A stretch of DNA of 64,000 nt from Desulfitobacteriaceae bacterium (GTDB lineage Bacteria; Bacillota; Desulfitobacteriia; Desulfitobacteriales; Desulfitobacteriaceae). Location of the stretch: positions 840 through 64,839 of the forward strand of contig JBAQMG010000027.1 in NCBI GenBank assembly GCA_049302575.1. The letters run 5' to 3'. The notes beneath the pieces are model-generated. The model was given only the letters and a program-made list of their open reading frames with translations, was not told where the DNA came from and did no database searches. Shown one piece after another: positions 57,990 to 64,000 of this stretch (the first letter of the stretch is position 1; each line of letters opens with the position of its first letter). A program made the position numbers and the translations under genes.

Positions 57990-58278
57990 AATTGTCATGC
58001 TCCCTCGTGCCGCACAGGACTTAGAGGATGTGGTCGATTACCTTTCGCAATTCTACGCAACCACTGCGCTAAAGCAGTACGACCGCATTGTTTCTAAAAT
58101 ACAAGAACTGCCCCACTTTCCACTTAAATATGAGGAATACGGAGCCGGTCATTACCGTTTTTCCTATCGCAGGATGATAGTGTACGACTACTTGGTATTT
58201 TATGCCGTGCTAGATGACACAATAGAAATCCATCGTATCCTACACGGAAAAAGGGACATCGGAAGATACTTGGATTGA
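57982..58278 (+). CDS. ParE/RelE-family type II toxin
   Basis: 98 aa. MRRIVMLPRAAQDLEDVVDYLSQFY....A.....I...I..L..FP........Y.....YRRMIV.DYLVFY......IEIHRILHGKRD fits the ParE/RelE plasmid-stabilisation pattern. Confidence 0.8.
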   Translation: MRRIVMLPRAAQDLEDVVDYLSQFYATTALKQYDRIVSKIQELPHFPLKYEEYGAGHYRFSYRRMIVYDYLVFYAVLDDTIEIHRILHGKRDIGRYLD

Positions 58279-58404
58279 ATATTAATGCCTCGGGTAGCCG
58301 CAGTTTTTGCGGCTACTGCCTTTTCCGACCCTTCTAATCATTTTGCTGATGTCAGCAAAATGATCCCGTATTAGGCTTTGCTTCCATTATGCCGTGTTTG
58401 ATAA

Positions 58405-58611
58405 AAAGAGCACAGAATTGAGCAACTTAAGAAAGAGCATTCTGCAGAGAAGGAGGATCTGAGCAATCAGCTATTAAATGATTCGGGTAAGGTTACAGCT
58501 AAGATAGCTAAATCCTTTGCTGAAAGTGAGTTTGAGAAATACCGAATTGTGCAGGAAAGATTGTTTCAGTCGGATTTTGATAAGTTTGCTAAAGAATTAT
58601 TAGAAAAATAG
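58405..58611 (+). pseudogene. C-terminal fragment of a RhuM-family gene
   Basis: The translation ...KVTAKIAKSFAESEFEKYRIVQERLFQSDFDKFAKELLEK* matches the conserved RhuM C-terminus. No N-terminal part is present. Confidence 0.55.
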
Positions 58612-58761
58612 AAATGGATGCAAGAAGCGTTTGCCCCTTCCAAAGCGACTATTGACATCTAAATCCAATATTTCGGGGAAAAGCATACCTCTGTTGTATC
58701 AATAAGGGATGGACTGCCATAACTTATAGTGATGAGTTAGGGGAAGGGATGGATCCCAAAC

Positions 58762-59811
58762 ATGAAAATTGGTGTCGTTGGTCTGGGTAATATCGGCTTT
58801 AATCTTTTCACTTACCTCTGTCGTATATTTCCGGGAAAGGTCATCGGGGTGGATGTGAATGAGAGTAGGGTCAACGAATTACAGAGCAAGGGTTATCGGG
58901 TGACCTCGGATTATCGAGAATTAACAGGGATAGATGTTTGGTTAATGGCTCCTTCCACGGGTAATCAGGGGCAAAACCTATTTTCGGCCTTAGCGCAGAT
59001 GATCATCTTTCCAGGTTCTTTAATTTCCATTGAATCGACGTTGCCTCCGGGAACAATGAGGCGTGTGCGAGAATTTTTAGAGGAAAAAGGGTTCAGATTA
59101 GGAACTGATATTTTCTTGATTCATGTACCCCATAGGGTAATGTTTGGTGTTGATAAAACTGTTTGTGATACCCCACGGGTAATGGGGGCCTTTACAAGTG
59201 CCTGTCTAGAAAAGGGGCGTCATTTTTATACTCCGTTGGTTCCCCTTCTAGTTGAAGTTTCCGATGTCCGGGTGGCGGAGCTGTCTAAGGTGGTTGAGAA
59301 TGTAAAGCGCTATGTTGATGTAGCCTTTGCTCAGGAAATTTATGGCTATTGTGTGGATCAGGGAATGGATTATAACGAGCTAAGATTGGCAGTAAATAGT
59401 AAAAATAACGTCGAACTTCTGGGTACAGACTGGGGTATTGGTGGGGAGTGCTTGCCTAAAGACATGGGCTTCTTACGGACTGTTTGTCCTTCAACCTTGT
59501 TGGAAGGGGCGGAACAGGCGGATAGGGAGTACCAGGATAGGCTCGTACAACAAGTGGGCAGTGCTAAGCAGGTTTTAGTTAGGGGTTTAAGCTATAAAAC
59601 AGGGGTTAAGGATCTTAAGCATAGCAGAGGGGTCGATTTGGTCAGAGCTTTAGAAGCGGCAGGGAATACCGTCTGGGTGGAAGACCCTTTATTTACTCCT
59701 GAGGAGTTAAGGCGAGCGGGCTTTAAGGCCTATGATGAGAGCGATCTGGGGAGTGAAAAACAAATGGATAGGGTGGTGTTGGAGCGGCAAAGGGCCTTAG
59801 ATCAAAAATAA
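58762..59811 (+). CDS. Nucleotide-sugar dehydrogenase (UDP-glucose/GDP-mannose dehydrogenase family, short form)
   Basis: 349 aa. The Rossmann motif is MKIGVVGLGNIG. The catalytic Cys context is GIGGECLPKDMGF. The C-terminal domain has LVRGLSYKTGVKDLKHSRG. Confidence 0.85.
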   Translation: MKIGVVGLGNIGFNLFTYLCRIFPGKVIGVDVNESRVNELQSKGYRVTSDYRELTGIDVWLMAPSTGNQGQNLFSALAQMIIFPGSLISIESTLPPGTMRRVREFLEEKGFRLGTDIFLIHVPHRVMFGVDKTVCDTPRVMGAFTSACLEKGRHFYTPLVPLLVEVSDVRVAELSKVVENVKRYVDVAFAQEIYGYCVDQGMDYNELRLAVNSKNNVELLGTDWGIGGECLPKDMGFLRTVCPSTLLEGAEQADREYQDRLVQQVGSAKQVLVRGLSYKTGVKDLKHSRGVDLVRALEAAGNTVWVEDPLFTPEELRRAGFKAYDESDLGSEKQMDRVVLERQRALDQK

Positions 59812-59857
59812 GGTTCAATGGACGACCGTGAATTGCTTAGAAAAAGGAGTAAAGCAG

Positions 59858-60775
59858 ATGGCCAAAATATTAGTAACAGGGAGTAAAGGAACGTTAGGTT
59901 CGCGATTGGTAGAAGTATTGCAAAACCTGGGACATGAGGTTTGGGAAGTTGATTTGCAACACCATCTCGGGGAGAAATATATTAGGGCGGACATCTCTGA
60001 GTATCGCCAGTTAGAACGGGTTTTTGAGCAAAATTATGATTGTGTCTTTCATTTAGCTGCTGAATTTGGCCGTATTAATGGAGAACATTATTATGACACA
60101 CTTTGGAAAACAAACGTAATTGGGACTCGTAACATTTTAGAATGGCAATTGAAAAAAGGGTTTAAACTCATATTTACAAGCTCCTCCGAAATATACGGGG
60201 AAGCAGCGGAACCCCTTTTGACCGAAGATTTGCCTTTAAAAAAGACGATTATTCAGCATAATGACTACGCTTTAACCAAGTGGGCTAATGAAGTTCAGAT
60301 CATAAATTTCGAAAAAAAATACCAATCTCCGATTGTTAGACTGCGCTTATTCAATGCTTATGGCCCAGGGGAGTACTATCATTCCTACCGTAGTGTTGTT
60401 TGCCTCTTTATCTACCGGGCGTTAAAGGGGATTCCTTATGAAGTTTATGAGAGCTACTACCGTGTTTTTATGTATGTCGATGATTTAATTCCGACTATAG
60501 CTAACGTGGCAAATAACTTTAAGCCCGGTGAGGTTTACAACATCGGAGGAACGGAATATCGCAGTGTCAAAGATTTAAGTGAGTTAGTGTTAAACTATAC
60601 GGGCGGTGATCCGAGCCTAGTGAAGTATCTTCCAGAAGACAAACACAATACAGTCAGTAAACGACCAGATATTAGCAAAGCGACGGCTGATCTTGGTCAT
60701 AACCCAAAGGTATTGCTAGAAGAGGGATTACCCATTACCGTAGAGTGGATGAAGACGATATATCGTAGTTCGTAG
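59858..60775 (+). CDS. NAD-dependent nucleotide-sugar epimerase/dehydratase (extended SDR)
   Basis: The start is set at MAKILVTGSKGTLGSRL after AAAAGGAG. SSSEIYG and YALTKWANE (YxxxK) are present. The last codons (YRSS*) run into a heptamer array. Confidence 0.85.
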   Translation: MAKILVTGSKGTLGSRLVEVLQNLGHEVWEVDLQHHLGEKYIRADISEYRQLERVFEQNYDCVFHLAAEFGRINGEHYYDTLWKTNVIGTRNILEWQLKKGFKLIFTSSSEIYGEAAEPLLTEDLPLKKTIIQHNDYALTKWANEVQIINFEKKYQSPIVRLRLFNAYGPGEYYHSYRSVVCLFIYRALKGIPYEVYESYYRVFMYVDDLIPTIANVANNFKPGEVYNIGGTEYRSVKDLSELVLNYTGGDPSLVKYLPEDKHNTVSKRPDISKATADLGHNPKVLLEEGLPITVEWMKTIYRSS

Positions 60776-60817
60776 TTCGTAGTTCGAATATCGAATATCG
60801 AATATCGAATATCGATT
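60762..60817. repeat. Eight perfectly phased heptamers, TCGTAGT x3, TCGAATA x4 and TCGATTA
   Basis: The sequence reads tcgtagt tcgtagt tcgtagt tcgaata tcgaata tcgaata tcgaata tcgatta. It spans the epimerase stop codon and ends at the RBS of the next gene. Confidence 0.95.
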
Positions 60818-60831
60818 AAGGAGGGCCGCTA

Positions 60832-61566
60832 ATGCTAATACCTAGAGTTAGTGTAGTCATCCCAACGTACAATCACGTCCGGTATCTACCCTATGCCCTT
60901 GATAGTGTCATCAATCAGGGTTATCCAAATCTTGAGGTGTTTGTGATTGATGATGGTTCCAACGATGGAACAGCCCAAATAGTGAATCTCTATCGTTCAA
61001 AAATTAACTATATTTACAAAGAAAATGGGGGAACACCCAGCGCCTTAAATCTTGGGTTATCTCTTGCAACTGGTAAGTATATCTGCTGGTTAAGTGCAGA
61101 TGACATATTAATGGAAGGAAAAGTGGCCAAACAGGTTGGACTGATGGAAAGTGATTCGAGCTTGGGTTTAAGCTACACGAGCTTTGTGGTTATTGATGCC
61201 AATGGTAAAAAGCAATATGATGTAAATTCAACTTATTTTCCCGACAAGCAGGAAATGGTGACTAAGCTCATGGAGGGCTGTTTTATTAATGGATCTTCCG
61301 TAATGATGAGAAGTTCTGCTTTAAAGATAATAGGGAATTTCGACGAGAGTCTGCCCCAAGCGCATGATTATGATTTGTGGTTCCGCTTTCTTCGTCATTA
61401 TTCATGCGGATTTCTGGAGGAACATCTGCTGGCCTATCGCTGGCACGGTGAAAATATGAGTCAAAATCCCAACGAAGCATGTTCTGCGATCGTTAGAGAG
61501 AGAGCTAAACAACTTTTTCCCGAGTGGTTAACAACGGAAACACCAATATGCTCAGAACCACCGTAG
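60832..61566 (+). CDS. GT2-family glycosyltransferase
   Basis: 244 aa. Motifs include VSVVIPTYNH..YL..AL.SV.NQ.Y.NLEVFVIDDGSNDGT and WLSADD. Confidence 0.88.
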   Translation: MLIPRVSVVIPTYNHVRYLPYALDSVINQGYPNLEVFVIDDGSNDGTAQIVNLYRSKINYIYKENGGTPSALNLGLSLATGKYICWLSADDILMEGKVAKQVGLMESDSSLGLSYTSFVVIDANGKKQYDVNSTYFPDKQEMVTKLMEGCFINGSSVMMRSSALKIIGNFDESLPQAHDYDLWFRFLRHYSCGFLEEHLLAYRWHGENMSQNPNEACSAIVRERAKQLFPEWLTTETPICSEPP

Positions 61567-61606
61567 ATGTAGGGAACTAAAATAAGGGTAGAGGGGAAAT
61601 CCTGAC

Positions 61607-62713
61607 ATGAAGATAATGACCATATTAGGTACGCGTCCAGAAATCATTCGCTTAAGCCGGATCATTCCTCTTTTAGATGACCTTTGTGATCATATCCTCG
61701 TGCATACAGGCCAAAATTTTGAGCGGACGTTAAGTGATATATTTTTTACTGAACTAAAGTTGAGGTCACCAGATTATTTGCTAAACTGTCGGGCTTCGAC
61801 ATTGATGGGTCAAATCGGCGAGATACTCCGCGGGTGTGAACAGGTGATGCTTAAAGAGCAGCCTGATCGCCTGCTTATTTTAGGGGATACCAATAGTGCC
61901 TTAGCGGCGATGGTCGCTAAACGGCTACGGATTCCGGTTTACCATATGGAGGCGGGTAACCGTTGTTATGATGATCGTGTGCCGGAGGAAATCAACCGCC
62001 GAGTTATCGATCATTGCAGCGATATTTTATTGCCTTACACAGAACGAAGTCGGGCTAATTTGCTTAGTGAAGGGATTAACGGGGAACGTATTTATGTTAC
62101 TGGTAACCCGATATGGGAAGTTCTCAAGCATTACGCAGACAGGATTGAACAAAGTCAAATTCTGCAGGCTTTGAGAGTAGCCAGCAAAGGCTATTTTCTA
62201 GTGACCTTGCATCGGGCCGAAAATGTCGACGATGAGGAACGTCTCACCAAATTCATAAACGCCCTAGATAGATTAGCTGCAGAATATGGGAGGCCACTTA
62301 TTTGCTGTCTTCATCCCCGTACTCGTTCCCGGTTGGAGAAGCAAAGCAGGACTTTTGCCGGAACCGGCATCCAGGTCGTGGAACCGTTAGGCTTATTCGA
62401 TTTTGTATTTCTAGAGCAAAATGCCTTTTGTGTTTTGAGCGATAGTGGGACAGTCCAAGAAGAGTGTTGTCTCTATAAAATACCTAATGTGACTTTACGG
62501 GATGTAACCGAACGACCGGAAACATTGGAGGCGGGAAGCAATTTGCTTGCTGGATGTGAACTGGAAGTAATCTCGCAGGCGGTGAGAACAGTTTTAAGTC
62601 AGGGCTCGGACTGGGAGCCTCCACCAGAATACTTGGCGCCAAAAGTAAGTCGAAAGGTTAGCAAAATAATTCTAGGTGGGGGTACAACAGTGAAGCCTTA
62701 CAACAAAAAGTAA
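61607..62713 (+). CDS. UDP-N-acetylglucosamine 2-epimerase (non-hydrolysing; WecB/FnlC/WbvD-like)
   Basis: 368 aa. Motifs include MKIMTILGTRPEIIRLS, LILGDTNSAL, HMEAGNRC, PEEINRR..DH, LVTLHRAENVD and SDSGTVQEE. Confidence 0.9.
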   Translation: MKIMTILGTRPEIIRLSRIIPLLDDLCDHILVHTGQNFERTLSDIFFTELKLRSPDYLLNCRASTLMGQIGEILRGCEQVMLKEQPDRLLILGDTNSALAAMVAKRLRIPVYHMEAGNRCYDDRVPEEINRRVIDHCSDILLPYTERSRANLLSEGINGERIYVTGNPIWEVLKHYADRIEQSQILQALRVASKGYFLVTLHRAENVDDEERLTKFINALDRLAAEYGRPLICCLHPRTRSRLEKQSRTFAGTGIQVVEPLGLFDFVFLEQNAFCVLSDSGTVQEECCLYKIPNVTLRDVTERPETLEAGSNLLAGCELEVISQAVRTVLSQGSDWEPPPEYLAPKVSRKVSKIILGGGTTVKPYNKK

Positions 62714-62809
62714 GGCTAAGCACCAGCCGACTTTTCTCTGGAAGTTAACAATATAGCTTATGGGAGCCCAGGTTTATCTGTTACTCTGTCTGCATTGCAA
62801 CTTATAGCG

Positions 62810-62836
62810 AAGGACGGCCATTCTTCGACCGTCCTT
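62810..62836 (+). terminator. Possible terminator hairpin after the 2-epimerase gene
   Basis: The stem is aaggacgg-ccattcttcga-ccgtcctt. The T-run is weak. Confidence 0.4.
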
Positions 62837-62965
62837 TATCGAGAGAAGTTCTTTTTGGGTAGTAAGGTAACGGTCATATTCATACTTAACTAGTTTGATT
62901 TCCTAAGTCTTCAGATATGTAACACGAAACTAAAAAATATATTGGAAGTTGATGCTAATGTTAAA

Positions 62966-63348
62966 TACACTCTATCAGATAAATTATGGAGTTACCTTCA
63001 GGTTTATGCTGTAAAGCATAAGGCGAAAGGCAATGGATTTGGATATGGATTAGCTGACCTCAATGGATACACAAGAACGTTGAGTGCAAGATATTAGATG
63101 GTTCTGAAATCCTTATTTCGCAGTTGGGGTGTAATCCTAGAAGATTGACGCCACGTGAATGAGCCAGACTGCAAGGCTTCCCTAATTCCTTTAAGATTGT
63201 TGTGTCGGATACTCAGGCGTATAAGCAATTTGGAAACCCTGTAGTTGTTAATGCTATTGAAACGACGATCAGACAGATTATTTCCGTTATGGATCTTACG
63301 GATGATGCACATAGTTTCGAAGAACCAAGATTGATCGCCTTACCTTAA
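62966..63348 (+). pseudogene. C-terminal fragment of a DNA (cytosine-5) methyltransferase with a frameshift and a nonsense codon
   Basis: YTLSDKLWSYL...KGNGFGYGLADLNGYTRTLSARY is followed by a frameshift, then [57 protein letters not shown]. These are motifs IX-X of Dcm-type enzymes. Motifs I-VIII are absent. Confidence 0.65.
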
Positions 63349-63444
63349 ATAAAATTGCAATATTAGTAATTGCTTTTCGTCCTGACAAAAGTATCATGAT
63401 ATTGAGCAGGGCATTAGTAATAGTCAAACTAGAGCAGAAAGATG

Positions 63445-63480
63445 AAAATAAAAAAGGCCAGTTAAACTGGCCTCTTACTA
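63445..63480 (-). terminator. Rho-independent terminator of the SASP gene
   Basis: The minus strand reads aggccagt-ttaa-actggcct, followed by tttttatttt. Confidence 0.75.
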
Positions 63481-63494
63481 AATTACGTTGTAAA

Positions 63495-63644
63495 TTAACG
63501 ACTCTTTCCGAAACTTTCAAACGTCCGACGAACCATTTCCCCACCAACGGAACCATTTTGACGTGACGTAAGATCTGCACCAAGGGCAACCCCCATTTGT
63601 GATGCAATTTGATTTTTGTCTACTGGTAAATTGTACTTCGCCAT
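63495..63644 (-). CDS. Alpha/beta-type small acid-soluble spore protein (SASP)
   Basis: 49 aa, too short for the ORF track. The translation is [49 protein letters not shown]. It contains the SASP signature (G..LG.....R.NGSVGGE). An AAGGAGG RBS lies 9 nt upstream. Confidence 0.85.
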   Translation of the reverse strand: MAKYNLPVDKNQIASQMGVALGADLTSRQNGSVGGEMVRRTFESFGKSR

Positions 63645-63879
63645 TAGCTTTTACCTCCTTATAATGTTTTTTAACGGGTTTGTTATTGAGGCATTTTTGA
63701 TGCTTAAGCTTGAGCACTAATTCTAATTTATCCAAATTTATCGCTGATATTCAAGGAAACTTTTGGGTATTAACATGTATTTGCATTTGAATACCAAGGA
63801 GTAACCCCTGAGTGTTATCCTCTTCTAAGTCGACTTAGCATTCTGAAATACAAAACTCCAGTTCAACAGTTTCAGTTTT

Positions 63880-64000
63880 CTATTCTTGCAAAAATTCTTG
63901 GACGTAGATATCACCAAATACGCTGCCATAAACTATTCCTACCCCAATATGCGTAACATTAGGGTCTAGGATATTGACCCGGTGACCTATACTCAGCATA
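63880..64000 (-). CDS. 3' end of a CAP/SCP (YkwD-like) domain protein, truncated by the window edge
   Basis: The minus-strand translation is ...MLSIGHRVNILDPNVTHIGVGIVYGSVFGDIYVQEFLQE*. GHR.NIL...F..IGVG.......YW.Q.F is the CAP-domain C-terminal pattern. Confidence 0.6.
   Translation of the reverse strand, partial: MLSIGHRVNILDPNVTHIGVGIVYGSVFGDIYVQEFLQE

Noticed and set aside
57558-57998. 146-aa minus-strand ORF, and the N-terminally extended 136-aa plus-strand ORF, at the antitoxin locus
   Set aside because: The minus ORF is antisense to a well-supported Phd/YefM gene. The plus extension lacks an RBS and crosses the tRNA fragment. The ATG at 57702 has a strong RBS and gives a canonical antitoxin N-terminus.
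63190-63200. In-frame TGA in the dcm fragment as a selenocysteine codon
   Set aside because: The gene lacks its N-terminal two-thirds and has a frameshift. The TGA replaces the invariant Cys codon of TPRECARLQGFP by a single base change, so it is plain pseudogene decay.
63296-63735. 103-aa and 72-aa minus-strand ORFs near the window end
   Set aside because: They have no RBS or family resemblance. They are alternative frames over the dcm remnant and the SASP gene, and the 49-aa SASP frame explains the RBS and terminator.

Overview
The window appears to come from an endospore-forming Firmicute of class Clostridia. Gene order and protein motifs suggest a Peptococcaceae/Desulfitobacteriaceae-like genome, but that is inference only.

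Positions 1-21.9 kb hold a conserved cell-division and sporulation backbone on the + strand. In order it contains the SEDS protein 3' end, murG, an unknown W-rich ORF, murB, murA, ftsQ/divIB, sbp, ftsZ, spoIIGA, sigE, sigG, ymxH/ylmC, yggS/ylmE, sepF, yggT, divIVA, a T-box leader and ileS. No ftsA is present.

This backbone is interrupted at 10.3-15 kb. The interruption is an AT-rich two-gene insertion flanked by a duplicated terminator, an IS1182-like transposase remnant, a truncated pgeF/ylmD, and an OmpR/PhoR-type two-component pair.

Positions 22-27 kb are an accessory patch. It contains a decayed comB, pduL, a large cNMP-binding / degenerate sigma54-type AAA+ / membrane polyferredoxin fusion gene, and a small toxin-like cassette.

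Positions 27.4-62.7 kb form the main point of interest, a roughly 35 kb mosaic glycosylation and surface-protein island. It has at least 12 soluble glycosyltransferases, including four GT2-TPR fusions and two double-GT proteins. It also has a CgeB-like spore maturation protein and two sets of nucleotide-sugar genes, including a CapE/FnlA-type Met-x3-Lys dehydratase. There is no Wzx, Wzy, ABC exporter or priming transferase.

The island also encodes several uncharacterised structural proteins:
- Two paralogs share a novel C-terminal domain.
- One protein is a YVTN seven-blade propeller.
- One 653-aa protein has a P/T/S/Q-rich linker.
- Three tandem paralogs share a ~115-aa domain. The third is fused to ~59 Gly-Ala-Thr collagen triplets and a BclA-C-like globular head.

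I interpret this island as a candidate, undescribed spore-surface (exosporium or appendage) glycoprotein fibre system.

A mobile-element scar splits the island at 57.2-58.7 kb. The scar contains a tRNA 3' fragment, a Phd-ParE toxin-antitoxin pair and a RhuM fragment.

A family of strictly 7-nt-phased tandem repeats populates intergenic spacers across the whole window.

The window ends with a dcm pseudogene, an alpha/beta-type SASP gene missed by the ORF track, and a partial CAP-domain gene.
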